NCBI GenBank assembly: GCA_016748015.1
Contig: JAAOMT010000175.1
Coordinates: 346,212-410,211 of the forward strand
Direction: 5' to 3'
DNA: 64,000 nt
Source: Geosiphon pyriformis uo1
Taxonomy: Eukaryota; Fungi; Glomeromycota
Each line of letters begins with the position of its first letter. Positions within the stretch are counted from its first letter, which is position 1. Shown here piece by piece: positions 50,080 to 64,000 of this stretch. Made by a program: the position numbers and the translations under genes. Below the pieces are notes generated by a model, which made no database searches, was not told the origin of the DNA, and worked only from the letters and a program-made list of their open reading frames with translations.

Positions 50080-53000
50080 AGAAGGGTGTTCTCATGAATA
50101 CCCGTCCTATTGCTTTGGTTGAGACGGCTTGCAAAATCCTTTCTAAAGTGCTTTCAGACAGAATTTCATCGGCTTGTAGTGTTTTTGACATTCTGAGAGG
50201 GATAATTTTTCTGTTTTAAAAGGCATGACCACGCAGTCTCCTATTTTCACTATTGGATCAGTTATTGAAGATGCTTTGAAGAAGAACCGAGAGTTGTGGC
50301 TGGTCTTATAGAATATGTGAAAGGCTTATGATTTGGTTGGCTGGGAGCATCTAAGGAAGAGCTTGGTCAGAATAAAAATGTGTAACAAATTCATTTGGTT
50401 TTTTAGTAGCATCCACAATAATCAGGTCAACAGAGTTATGACAGATTTTGGGTTGACTGATGGATATTGGGTACATGATGGTTTGGATCAAAGGAAGGTG
50501 TTTTCTCCTCTTCTCTGGCACATATTTTATGATCCTCTTTTGTGTAAAGTCAAGAGACAAGAAAGTGTATGTGGATACAAGTTAGACTCTCGTTTTGTTG
50601 CCAATACTAATTGCGCTGAATCTCGGGCTGGTTTGACTTTTTTTCTCGCTGCTGGTGCTTTTGTCGATGATACGATTTGAATTGGTAGCAGCCAGGCTGC
50701 CACCCAACATATTCTCAATGTTGCTAGTGAGTTTTTTCAAGTCAATAACATTTCGATCAATAATGACAAAACAGTGGCCATTCCCATTAATTGCAGAGTT
50801 TCCAGTCTTCATTTGTTGATCAGTGGTTTGCCTATTTCGATAGCCAAAAGGGGGGAGCCTCATTGGTACTTGGGTATCTTTCTGTCTACTGAGGGTTTGT
50901 CGAAGCCTAGCTTGGCTAAGGCACACTTGGATGTCCGATTTTTCACCAACCTTGTTCTGAGAAAGGCTATCTCTGATAAGCAGTTCTCGTATTTGGTGTC
51001 AGCGGTTCTTCATCCCATAGTTGTCTACAGGACTCAGTTTAGTTTTGTTTCTATTAGTGTGTATGCGAAATGGGACGCTATGATTCATAAAGATTTGAAG
51101 TCCAAATCTGGCTTGCCACTTAACTTTCCCAATGATGCTATTCATTATCCTTCTCTGTATGAGTTGAAATCTTTTGAGCAGATTCAGGCTGAGAGCAAGT
51201 CAGCTGCTGTTGTTTGTTTTGCCAATTCTGTGGGTATTTTGGACCGCCTGTTCACACATAGGTCTCATAATTTACAGGTTCTCAGCTGGCGCCCTTGTCA
51301 CCCCCTGCTTTTCCCTTCTCATATTAATGTCAGTCCTTTGAATAATTTTTTGGCTGGTGTTGTCCGGATTTTTTTGGGTTGTGACCTCTCTCTGGGTGGT
51401 CTCGTGACCAATGTTTTTCATTTTCAAAAGGGGACCCCAATGTCTATTGTTCTTGGCGAGTTAGCTTTTTATAAATATGTCTTTTCGCTTCAGTGATATG
51501 GAATTGTCTTTGTTAAGCAGCTTTGTGATCGAACTGGTTCTATTTTTAAATGGTGGACTTTCAAGCGGTGGAAGAAACTGAACCCTCGGGGCCCGATTCC
51601 TGATTGGTTCAATGCTGTTGTTCGCTTTTTGTCTGGTTCTGGGTCATCTCCTGTTTGTTCTCTTTTGCCACTGAATGTTGACTTGTCTGACGTACTTGAA
51701 TCTTGCGAGTTTGATGTTGTTTGCAATTGCTTATTGGAGGTTGATTCCGATCACCTTTTTGTGTTTATGGATGGTTTTTTGTGTGGGCTGGGTACTCTTG
51801 GTATGAAGGCTGGCGCTGTTGTTTTTTTTGAGAACATTGATTTGGGTTTAGGTGTGGAAGTTTCTGGTTTGGTTTCTTCTACCATGACGGAGCTGCAGGC
51901 CATTGCTTTGGCTCTCAAGTGTGTCCCTCCTTCTTGTTCAGTTAATCTGTTTTCAGACAGCCAGACTGCTTTGGATGCATGCAGGTCAGAGTTAATGTTG
52001 GGGTGTCCAGATTTTAGGAATTGGTGTTGGGTCAAATGCTGCCATATTTCTAATGTTATTCATCACAAAAATTTGGATGTTGATTGGATTAAAGTTAGAG
52101 GTCACTCTGGAGTCTTGGGCAATGAGCGTGCTGACACTTTGGCTAGGACTGCTGTGTCTTTTGGTGTGCATCTTCCTTACAGGATTGATGAACATTTTCT
52201 CAAGGCTGGCAGTACTGTGGTTTTTGGTAATTCTAGGCATTTTGTTCGTAATGTTTTTCACTCTATTCACCATGCACATTGGGAGGTCGGTTCTGGTTCT
52301 CGGGTATTGGTGGACAGCCTATGTGCTGATGTTGATTGGTTCAGGTCATGTTCGGTGTGGCATCCAGACTCTCATTTGGCTGCTGGTTTCACTAATGCAC
52401 ATACTACTGGTTTTCGAACGTATTTTATGAAGACATTGCATCATCATCTTCCTGTTGCTGTGCGAAAGCATCTTTACGATAAGGGGTACCCCAGTGTGAT
52501 GTGTTTGTTCTGTGGCAATGTTAAAATTTCAAATCATGTGTTTTCGTGCTCATTCAATGCTGGTGATCATGCCCGGTTGATGAATGCTTATGCATCTGTT
52601 TGGGAAATGTGCTCAAGTTTATCTCACTCGACTTCATATGTTTTGCAGTCACTTTCTGCTTGCACTTCCAATGCTGTTGTTGGTGCGGCTATATATAAGA
52701 ACTTTGTTTTCAATGAGTGATATTGTGAATTTTTTTCTGTTTTCAAGGACTCTAAAACGGCAGCTCAGAATATCGTGGCATTTGTGCATGATTTTTGTCT
52801 TGCATTCTGTGATAATATTTGGCTGGTTCGTGTGAAACACAGAGCTGTTATGGAGAAGAGTGGCTTGATCCCACGTGATGGTTCTATTCCTGTCTCAGTT
52901 TCTGGTCTTCCTTCGGTACTTTCGTCTAGTGTGGTTAGATTATTGGGTATTGCTGATGCAATTAGTATTGGTTTTGGGTTTCGTAAATCTAGTTTATTCT

Positions 53001-53177
53001 TTTCAGGTATAGGTAACTTGGTCTTGGTGTATATAGGTGCCTAGTGTTGTCCTGACTAGTCTGAGTGGCTGGTCACATGTAAAAAGAGCATGATTCACGC
53101 CTAGTTTAGATTACTTGTATGATGTATTGTACTAGGTAGTGTTTGGACCTCACTCATTAAATAAATAAATAAAAAAA
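50080..53177 (+). mobile_element. 5'-truncated LINE copy 3 (RT, RNase H, zinc knuckle, 3'UTR, polyA)
   Basis: TRPIALVE, AFVDDTI, KVRGHSGVLGNERAD, CLFCGNVKISNHVFSC; TSD aaattatat at 50071-50079 and 53178-53186. Confidence 0.93.
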
Positions 53178-53986
53178 AAATTATATTAATATTATTTTTT
53201 GTAATTTACTATATATTACTATTAAAATAAACATGTTTATAATAAAAATATTGTCAATTTTACAAATAAAATTCATTAAAATTATTATTATTTTGTGTAA
53301 TTTTGCTTAATTGATATAAATATTGCTGTATCTGATATTTATAAGATACAATTTTATTATTTAAATGTTATTATTATATAATAACCAATAAAATCAAATT
53401 CACATGATAAAATAATGTTTTAATTTTCAATAAAACGTTTAATTTTATATACTCCTAATTTTTTTCACATCATTTTTTTTTAAAAAAAATTACTTATTTA
53501 GTTTCTTAAAAATATATATATATAAAGTGCTAATGGGTTTTGAAGTTACTTATTTTTATTATTAAGTTTAGATAAGATGCACCATATAATTTCACTTATT
53601 AAAAATATAAAAAGCATAAATATAATTTAAAAATTAATAACAAATAAATGGGATGATTTGTTAATAATTTAATTTTTATTTTGGGGTTTATTGAGTTTAT
53701 TTTTACTTGCAAAACACTATGGAAACGAAACAACCCGGCGACTAGCCATCCGATTTTTGTATTCAGTTTATTGGTAAGATTTACATTCTGATAGTCTAAA
53801 TTCTGGTATGAAATATCAAAAATTTACAATTTGAAAAGCATGCTAATCCTATTTATATTGTCCGAGAATTACCTCTGTTCAAATGCAATCCTTTATGTTG
53901 GTCAAAATTCTCTATCACCCGATTGATCGATAGCATTAGAAAAGATGGGATTTAGCAAGGTTATAGTCAAAATTTTCGATAAAATT

Positions 53987-56900
53987 TTAATCTATTAATT
54001 TGGCAAAGGCCATCGTATTTTTGGAAAAGTAATCAGCAATCACTCCAAATCCATCATCGGATTCCTCCAACTACAGGTCGAAAGAAGTATTAGTGAAATC
54101 TCACCCAAAAAAAAAGATAAAATAAACCTCACCTGTTCAAAAAATAAATCATGGTTATCAGCGTTATCCTCCTGAGCGCGCCGAATGTCCACAATCATAC
54201 GATGTTGAATTGCACATTGCGGACATTCTCGGTCAGAGTCTAATAGACACCTTTTTTTATAGATACAAACCATTCGTTATTAATCTTTGATAATTAGGGT
54301 GAGAAGGCGAAAAATCTAGTTACCTTTGATGATAAGAGTGTCGGCAAAGGAAATGGACGGCAGGCAAATCGAGGTTCGTATGACATCCGGTACATTTCGT
54401 GACCTGAAAAATTCGGGCACTTAACCAAAATACGGAGAAAGTTATTTGATGAAATGACTATTGATCAATGTGATGAGAAAAGTTAATTGAAAGGTCCTTA
54501 CACGCTCTTTAATTCTTGAATTTCTTTCCTCTTTTTTTCTGTTTCTTCACGATAACTTGCTATTAATTTACGGTCAGCTTCACAATCTTTACGCTCTAAT
54601 TCAATTCGGCGTCTCATATGTTCCTTCACCATTCCCAAAGTGGCTACTGAATTCCTGCTTAAAGCTTGAACAACTTGCAGTGGTGGTAATAAATTATGTT
54701 GATCAATGTAATCCAGGATTTCTAAAAGTTCTTTTGTCGAAGAATCCAAAGTTGCGGGGGAAGAAGAAAAATATGTTAAAGTTAAGGGGTACAAGGATTC
54801 ATCTTGGGGTCTGTTTAGCGTAAATATTGAAAAATATTTGTTGTATTAAATGTCAAAAAAAAATTTAACATCAACAAAGCATTATAATCATTCTTATTTA
54901 CCCGTATTTCTGCAAATTCTCGATAACTTTTTTAGTATTGTCTTTAGCCATATAGAACCTCAGAATATCTTCATACATGCGCATTTTTTCATACAAGTAT
55001 ACGATTCCATCATCAAATTGAGCCAGATGACAAAGCACCAATGCTTGATTGGTATCATATGAAATCTACAGAGAACAATGGGGATTATTAAAAAGGAAAC
55101 AATTATGATCATATAAAAGGTTAAGGGACATAGTTTTCACCTCTTCGTCCTGCAACAATTTCAGAGTTTTATCCTTCCGGACTAATCGCTCCTTTACCCG
55201 CTCTGTTTCAGTCGCAACAGAGAAGACACCAGGTGCACCGTTCTTCCTGCCTTTGTTGTCTTTAGCATTAACTACTGGAGGAAGGTAATCTTCTGATAAA
55301 TATAATTCTAAAAGAGTGTTCCAAACTGCCTTCTTCTCTTCCCCTTCATTATCATTAATTTCATCTAGTTCATCTTCTAAGGCCCCTGATAGGCTGTGAT
55401 CGTCCATGGGCTGTTGCTGAAAACCGCTAATATTACTATTTATTTCTGAGGAAGCAGAAGGTTTCTTTGCGACTCCGAACCCACCCCATCTTTTTTCTGA
55501 TACTTGCTCCAAAAATTGTATCAAGTAATTGGGTTGGTCAACAAATAATGACATGAAAATGCGAACTGATGGTGGTTTATACGTAGGAATACCCTTCTCC
55601 TTCGGAATTGGGGCTTGCGGGGAAGGGGGGGGTGGAGGAGGTTGTTCTGCTTGCATGACGTGGGCAAATTGCAAGAAAGTTTGAGGATAAGAAGTGACTG
55701 GTACAGTAGGTGCTTGGACGACCAAATCATCTGGAGTTTCACTTCGCTGACCAGACATGAATAAATTCCCGGTACATAGGTCTATTAAGAGGGTAGTTGA
55801 AGCTTGGGGAAGATGATTGAGAAGAACCTTGCCATATTTTTGCAAATTACGGTCGGCCTGTAATTGAAATTAATTAAACTTGGTTGGTAATGACGAAATA
55901 AATAGTATTGGAGCCGAGAAAAGACACACCTCAAATGGACCCAATTTTCGGATGTACTCTAAAGCATTCTCATAATCTTTCACATCTTCAATTTGAATTT
56001 TAAGATATCTTGGGCAAACAAAATAATAGTAAGTTTTTACCTTGGGAAGGTCTTTAGCACATATACATAAAAACAGAATCGCAAAGCTTACAGGTCGTGC
56101 TCATCAAATTTTTTAGCCAAATATACGGCGTGTTCATAATATCCTGCTTGCCGACAAACTTTAATCGCCGTTTCAAGATCAAAAGTGAGCTCATTATCCG
56201 TCTAAGCGACGAAAGCAAGTCATATTTATTTCAACTTGCGATAATGTCCAAATTATTCAATAATGGTATTACCTTTATGAATTGATCTAATCGAGCCACA
56301 TCCTTTAATTTTGTATAACAATTCAACAACAAAGTAGTATGATCTGCATTCGCGAGATTATGCGAATGCAACTCTTGCAGGTAATTGACAAGATTATGAA
56401 TCCGTTGAGCATCAAGGAACTATCAAGTCACGGTTCAGTGAGAGTGTAAAAGGAAAAATCAAAGAGCCAGGAATTAGTCGTAATATTTTTGGAAATAAAT
56501 ACCTTACGGATAACATATGAAGGTTCGAGTTGCCCTATTGTTCGTATATATTGGGCCATAGCGGCATCATAGTCTGCTTTATCACTTCGTATCCATATAA
56601 AATTTTTATCAATCAATGTCCGTAAAGCCAGTCTAGGGGAATTTAGGGCTAAAAGATTGATCCAAGTTCAGACCTGTATAAGTGGTCCCCATATTTCTTA
56701 AAAATTTCAGAAATACTGGAATCGTCATATTTTTGACTGTGAGCTAAATTGATGGCGAGTTGATACATATTTTTTTTGAAAAGCAGTTCAAGTTTGGTGG
56801 GTGTGTCTTTTTCTTCTAAACGATAAAGCTTTGAAAAAATTTATATAAGTATAAACAATTAAAAAAGTTTCTTATAAAACAAAGCTTTATAATTAAACTG

Positions 56901-58570
56901 ACCTTCCCATCCATTCCCAAAAGAAAAACAGCTCCCCATTCACAAGTAATGGTTCTGACACCTTGAGAAAAGTTACCTACGTATGCAATAAACCTGTTAA
57001 CAGTATCAAATATTGTTACTTTAGTTAGCTCATAAGGAGTCGATGGTTTGGTAGTCGGACCGAGAGATAACGCGGGTCGAGTTAAAGCAGTCAGTTTCTT
57101 AGGCTGTGAGACCGGAGGTGATACAATAATGAGGTAAGATTTGAACCATATCATCGATGTTTTTGACCCTATTATGTTCAATTTGACCAAGTTAATGGTA
57201 TTCTTTGTATTAATTAAAATTAAAAGACTGGGTTTTACCTTCATAAACAAAACAGGGACCTCTGCCATCAGATGTGTAAAAATAAATGGCCTTAAGAAAA
57301 CACAGAAATATGATAAGAGGTGTGAATTAATTAATATTTAAAAAATCCAAGTAACTTTACTTCATCTCGAGCGATAACCATGTCATGCGTAACATCGCTC
57401 ATTATGGCACAACCCAAATCACAACCCTGTTCGTCGATAATTGCCTAAAAATATCAAAATCATGTCAAAAATAAAGGTACAATAATTTGAGCTGAAGATT
57501 ATCATTAGTTTATTTCAACAAACCGGAGGAGACCGTCCAGTTGTATTATATGTCAAAATTTTGTTGATGGTGACAATGAAAAGTATGATACTCCTACTCT
57601 CCTCTCTAAACCCAAGTCCTTGATAAAGGAGTGAGTTTTATTCACTTTGGTATTAGATCTTGATGCTCAGAGAAATAATCCCAAAATACCAGTTATTGGC
57701 TCATCACTGTCATGCACAATCCTTTGTTTTGTATATCGATCCCTTGAAATGTCTCCTTTGATTAGAATGACTATACCACTAGTGAATCCGATAGCAATTT
57801 GACTCATATTCTCCATAACAGCAAATGTTGTAACTGGAAATGGCTTTTTGCTATGCTCGACTTTGATGGTACGCTGACAAATCGGTGTCCCTTTCGATTT
57901 ATCTTGTTTGTCAAGATCCCAAATTTTAATTATTGGAGTTGGAGCTATTGGATCATCTTCCTATTAAGAAAACCATCACATAAATGGATAATTAAATATA
58001 TTTGAAAGAAAATTGATTTTATTTACCCCAATTGTCACTAGTAAATTTCTTTGCTTCATTTGCTTCATATGGGTTACCCGTCCACCATCATAAGCCATAA
58101 ATTTTTGCACATTAAAGTTTCTATCGATGATGTACACATATCCTGAGGAGTGTATAAACGGAGTCATAAAGTTAAGCATATTTATATTGTTTAATTCAAT
58201 TTATGAAATATTGAACTCAAATATGTTATATCGGAAATAAAAATTCACAGCACACGATAAAAGGATATCAGCTAGTATTATGTTACCACGACCACTAGTG
58301 CTTATTGACAGATCGGGTCTCTAGAGAAGTTGAAAGGTTAGAATTTAAAGTCTAAGGATTAAGGAATTCAAGGAAATTCATACTTGAAAAATCTGAGGAG
58401 GTTTAGTAGGATCATTGGGATCCTTGATCTGCTGAATGTCAAAAAAGTTGAATTGTCGCCTTTGACGTGGACGATAAAGAGTTAGCACTTAAGCAAAAGT
58501 CATTCAGGAATACATTTAGGAGTTGTGAAAAGTCTTGAATACAAAATTGGTACCATTGCTTGTAAGCCAT
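53987..58570 (-). CDS. VPS11: Vacuolar protein sorting 11 (HOPS/CORVET core subunit); multi-exon
   Basis: MAYKQW|RQFNFFD start; YDAAMAQYIRTIGQLEPSYVIRK|FLDAQRIHNLVNYLQELH; ADHTTLLLNCYTKLKD; LLPPLQVVQALSRN; RING CTGCHTNLDLPAVHFLCRHSYHQR|CLLDSDRECPQC. Confidence 0.95.
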
Positions 58571-58908
58571 TTTATTTGAAAAGAGTATTTAAGCGGGGAT
58601 GTATTATTTGAAATGAGTATTCATAATTTTAAACTTTGTCAAAAAGGCTTTAGCAAATCATAGATTCATCATTAAACTTATCCTTTTGGGTTTAGATCGT
58701 GAAAATCAAATTTAGAAAATTTCATACTAACTCCATTACCACGATTTTGAGTGGCGCCTCGGGTAAATTAAAACTTTTTTGATAATAATTTGACCCAATC
58801 AAAACTTGACAACGTAGAAATTCCTTGAACTTCTCGCTCATATTTTGGATATAAACCAAAGTTTTTGATGGCCATACAACCAATTTTATTACTTTTTTAC
58901 AAACAGCA

Positions 58909-60646
58909 ATGTTTAAAAAAACGCTTGCTGGGTTGGCTTTTCTAGCCTGTTGCTTTCTGACGTTCGCTGAGAATACTGATGTAGTTTCACATGTTATTTC
59001 TCTAACAAAGGACACATTTCATAAAGTTGTAGCTCCCGAAAAACTAATTTTAGTGGAGTTTTTTGCCCCATGGTGTGGTCACTGCAAAGCTTTAGGTAAG
59101 CTGATGCAGTTGATTTAGCTGTCTTTGAACCTTAACAACTCCTTAAAAATCTCAAATCCTTGCAGCCCCGGAATATGAAAAGGCAGCTAAAGCTCTTAAA
59201 GAGCATAACGTCAAATTAGCGAAAGTTGACTGTACGGCAGAGACTGAACTCTGTCAAGAATACGAAGTCAAGGGGTATCCTACTTTGAAGGTGTTCCGAG
59301 AGGGTAATGCAACCGATTATAATGGTGGTCGTAAAGAAGATTTAATTATCAGTTACATGAAGAAGTAAGTATACAGTGATATCTATAGAACCGAATTTGA
59401 CTATATTTAATTCCCTTATTCTTATTTCACACACAGGCAAGCTTTACCACCGGTCTCGGATATTGATTACGAAAAACTTGATAGTTTCAAAGATTCTGAG
59501 AACGTCGTCATTGTCGGCTTCTTTTCTGAAGATAGTCAAGAAGAATACAACACGTTTGTTGAGGTCGCGGAGAATCTCCGCCAAGAATATCTCTTTGGTG
59601 CTACCGGACAAAAGAAAGCTGCCATCAAGGCAGAAGTGGAACCGCCAGTCGTTGTACTTTACAAAAAATTCGATGAACGCAACGTCACACTTAAACCACC
59701 TTTTGACAAAGAACAGCTTACCACATTTATAAAAACAAATTCAGTTCCTTTGTTGGCTGATATTGGACCCGAGAATTACTCTTCATATGTAGACTCTGGA
59801 CTTCCCCTTGCCTTCCTCTTCCATGAAAATGATGAACAAAAAGCTTCTCTCGGTAAAGCAATTGAACCTATTGCTTTGGAATTTAAAGGCAAAGTGAACT
59901 TTGTCTATATCGACGCGAATAAATTCGGTAGCCATGCTGCAAACATTAACCTTAAAGAAGAATGGCCAGCTTTCGGTATTCAAAAACCCGAAGAAGGATT
60001 AAAATATCCCTACGATCAGAAAAAGGAGATAACCACAGAAAACATTCGAACTTTCTTGGAAAAATTTGTCAAGGGTGAGATTCCAGCCAGCATTAAGTCA
60101 GAACCTATCCCAGAGACAAACGATGAACCCGTGTTTGTATTGGTCGCTGACTCTTTTGAAGAAAACGCATATGACAAGACGAAGGATGTCTTGATTGAAT
60201 TTTATGCTCCATGTAAGTTTACACTATAATTCCTTTAGCATTTATCGTTTGATCAAAAAATTAAAATTTCTATATTCGAAGGGTGTGGACATTGCAAAAA
60301 ACTTGCACCCATATACGAGAAACTCGGTAAAGCTTATCAATCCTTCAAGGATCAGATCTTGATCGCAAAAATGGACGCCACAACCAACGATCTCCCTTCC
60401 AGAGTTCCCTTTAAGATTAGCGGGTTCCCAACAATCAAACTTTTCAGAGCTGGGGATAACGAAATCATTGAATATCAAGGAGATCGTACATATGAAAACT
60501 TTATTGAGTTTTTAAATACGAATGGTGCCAACAAAGTTCAAGTGAATACTACCTCTTCTGCCTCTGAAAGCGAGGCAGCTGTACCTCCTTCGGTTGCACC
60601 CATACCTGAAGAAAGCGCTGAAGAACAGAAACACGAGGAGCTATAA
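58909..60646 (+). CDS. PDI1: Protein disulfide isomerase; 4 exons
   Basis: Signal peptide; two [10 protein letters not shown] thioredoxin sites (the second split by an intron at ~60213-60280); GYPT and GFPT cis-Pro loops; C-terminal HEEL. Confidence 0.96.
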
Positions 60647-61184
60647 AGAAAATATCTAGAACGATTTCTTTTAAATTAAATTATACTGCCTACGTTAATT
60701 AAATAGGTGGTTAAAAAACTAGCATTTGCATGACCAACGATTCCTCTTCAATTTTGTTGTTTTTAGATAATTCAAGGTTTTGACTTGGCAATTTTAGTTC
60801 GCGATACTTATATATGGGATATATGATATTGTTTGAAAAAGCGAACGTGTCAACGCTACGCGCATTTGTTTTATTACAACTTAGATTCTATTAGCGTTTA
60901 ATCTTATGAATGGATCGCGAAAATTTTTTATTTACTTTATCCAATTACGCCACCTAAATCACAAAAGAAAAAATTAAAATACGCATGATCGTATGAGAAT
61001 GATCCTAGGTTACATAACAGGCAACTCGCTATTTACATGTGTTCTTACACATCTTGTTTGTTTATAAAATAGAAATAAGATGGATTGGTGGTGAGACGAC
61101 ATGTTAGACTTAGGATTTTGATAATATATATTTACTTTTGATTTATATGTACCAGATTGAATTTTTACAATTGGTAGAGTAATT

Positions 61185-61187
<3 letters not shown>

Positions 61188-61217
<30 letters not shown>
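61188..61217. repeat. (AAT)n microsatellite
   Basis: Direct inspection. Confidence 0.9.
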
Positions 61218-61440
61218 TGATATCAGATTGTGTACTTTTTTTGTCTTTTTATTTCCTACCGGATTAAAGATTAAATGCTTAAAAATTAAAGATAGCGCAA
61301 AATACAAAAATTGATTATTTTTAAATCATTATTTTCTAAATGGATCATAAATAAAAGCTTTTTAAAAAAATAAAATTTATTTTTATTTAATAATCATTCA
61401 ATTCAATTCAATTCAATTCAAATTAAATTAAATTATTCGT

Positions 61441-63450
61441 CTAGATGCTCATTGCATGGAACGATGTTAAAAGCGTATCCAGATAAATGATAGTCTCTAT
61501 AGACTTAGAGATGGTTTGGGTAATATTGATAGAACGGACATTATTGAATAATTTATACGCTATAAATTGATCATAGATAAATATCAAAAAGATATCAATA
61601 GCGAGGGATATTGCTAAGAAACTTGTGGTAATGGATTCTTTGACATCGGGGAAACGTGTAAAAATTTGCAACCTCTGATTATTCTAAATGAGCTTAAACC
61701 TGAAAAGCTCATCTTAAATGAAAGTTAAATAATGGATATCTTTATTCCACTTTGTATTGTTAAACTCATTGGAAAGCTACATGAGAAGATATTGAAACCA
61801 ATGATAAAGTGTTTATAAAGTAGTACAGTTTAACAGATTAAAGATTTAGTTCCAATTAATATACTTATCAATTTTGTATTGGTCATTCTAAAATAGTCAT
61901 TCTAAAATAGCTATTCTATGTCTTTGAAGGTAAGAAATTAAAGAAGCTGAATGACTTTTTTAAACATTAATTTTGTGTAATTGTTTAACAGCTTTTTTCA
62001 TATTATAATATATAAACCAGAAATAGTTAAAAGAAATTTATATATTTCTATTTTCGTAAGTATACGAAAAATAAATTTACTCAGCCATGATTAAATTTAT
62101 TTTCTTTTTCTAAATAAAAATTTTTTTTTTTTTTTGGTAGGTAGGTAGGTAGCAATATGACAATGGGAAATATGATTGGGACTTGATCAGTCGAAGGAAT
62201 AATTGGATTGTTTTTGACGTTATATTACAATTGTATTTTTAAAAAGGTAGTATCTTGTGGTATATATTGAATGACTACAATAGGAATTTCGGTTCAATAG
62301 ATAAAATGTCAGTAATAGGTATTTTTAAAAGGGCAATTTAAAAATAGTTAGTTTTAAGCTGGCGTTAACTAAACTTGGTAAATATTATTAATATTCAATA
62401 AAAACCACATTTGTGCCAAGAGTATCTATCGAGAAACTTACTCGAGCTTTGCCAATTCAAAGTAATAGATAGAATAATATTTAAAATAAGAAAAACATAT
62501 TGTAAAGAAAATAAATTTCAAGAAAATTCCTAACTCCAATATTTTGACTTCAGATAAAATCTCTTTATGTTAGACAAATGAAATATTGTTCAATATTTAA
62601 TAATAAAAATGGTAAAAAACGAAAAGGTCATTATCGTCCTGTTAAGGCAAAAACTAATAATATCGTTAGTGCAATTTTGAATAATTTTGATTGATACAGG
62701 CTATTTCCTTTGCTCGTTCTCAGTGGAAAATTAATGCCAAGCTCGAATTTACTATGTCATGAGGTGTTCATGTTTTTAATAACATTCGATGTCAGGATAA
62801 GTGCTTGAAGAATGTAAAGCACAAATGAAAATCATATTAAAGAGAACTAAATATTTTATACTTATTCGCTTCCTATGCTCTTATGTATTTGAAAAATGGA
62901 GATATGTACTTCCAAGGATTCGATCTTGGGTGGGTTTATAAAATCTGAAGAATTTGACTCTAAAACTGTCGTTACTTTATTCCATTGCGTAACAGGTTAT
63001 TTAGCTCTCTTTGCTCGAGGATTGAATTCTGTAGTCTCACATGAACGTGACTTGACGGCTTTCTGTTGAGTAATATTTTGAGTGTCATTCATCTTGACAT
63101 ACAAGTATGCTATTGGCTCTAATGAATTTGCAACGTCAACCCTTTGATTGCCAATGTGAAATTTGAAAAAAGCATTATCAGCCTGATAAGTATAAATTAA
63201 AATCTTGTCTGCTTCATTGTAAACCACCTTTATCAGAGAGACGCGTTAAAAAACATGATTTATTATAAAGTACAAAATAAATGATGAATGGGAATGTTTA
63301 TTTTCGGGACTTTAGAATAGTTGTATAATGCCTAATTGGAAAGAGTGACATATGATGCTTGTTACAAGATGTCGCCTTAGTTTGAATTAAAAGTATATTC
63401 CAGACAATCTCTATCCGTTTAAGCAGAGGAAATTGATACTTTACAAAATC
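61441..63450 (-). pseudogene. Possible decayed gene fragments of unknown family (one hydrophobic, TM-like segment)
   Basis: Coding-like composition with short ORFs 61441-61671 (FLAISLAIDIFLIFIY) and 62997-63227, broken by stops. No recognisable motif. Confidence 0.25.
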
Positions 63451-64000
63451 CAAGGATCCGAATTTTTTTTATTTATAAACTTGTATTCCTAACTACTAAC
63501 TAATTTTAACTTTATATAAAAATTCCTTCAAACCACAGTTTTTAAAGCTGTATCTTATAAAAGATATCTTAAAAAAAATATCCACATTCCTCTTAGTGTC
63601 ATCTTTGTTAGCCTCCTCATCCTAAAAGTCTAAGATTTACGGTAACCAGGTATTTTTTCTAGTTTTTTCTGATTAATGTTTCATCCTTACTCTATCATGA
63701 TTGAAAAACTATCATTGACTCAAAGAGTAAGTAATTAAATAACCCTTATAACCTCTAATTTTTTTCATTTTTATTTTTTTTTTCACCTACTTTTAATCTT
63801 CTCTTATAGTTTAATTATCTCATATTTTTGAGTTTCAGAAACTATTTCAATGCAATAATTTTCTTTCTTTAAAATCACATAAATCAAATGATATTTTTCA
63901 AATACAAGTTAATTTATTTTATTATAGATTAATAAAATAATTGGTTGATTAGAATTATTTAATTCTATAAAATAAAAATTTATATTTATCTAATTATTAT

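Noticed and set aside
60632-60646. HEEL instead of HDEL at the PDI C-terminus
   Set aside because: A known functional ER-retention variant; not novel.

Overview
AT-rich, intron-containing fungal genomic DNA. The Sel1-repeat TKL kinase, intron style and transposon content point to an early-diverging Mucoromycota/Glomeromycotina-type fungus (inference). Five housekeeping genes are recognisable: NUP42-like nucleoporin, TFIIA large subunit, SPOUT1 methyltransferase, VPS11 and PDI1. At the left end is a head-to-head pair of Sel1-repeat/Cys-rich/kinase genes that differ by an exact 19-repeat block. Two extremely AT-rich islands (about 10.8-16 kb and 24.6-53.5 kb) interrupt the genes. The larger island is a nested stack of one RNase H-bearing LINE family (two full-length and four 5'-truncated copies, each with a target-site duplication), a solo LTR, and 'ghost' transposons so saturated with C>T/G>A transitions that they are readable only by reversing those changes. 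The strongest lead is this transposon-confined, multi-context C>T hypermutation (RIP-like in outcome) that spares adjacent genes and the near-identical Sel1 repeats. Other leads are a modular Sel1 receptor-kinase with repeat shuffling, a G-U-rich hairpin (candidate ncRNA) at 3864-3950, a covarying LINE 3'UTR structure, and a LINE ORF1 open from the first base with no conserved AUG. All identities come from motif recognition by eye; no searches were run.
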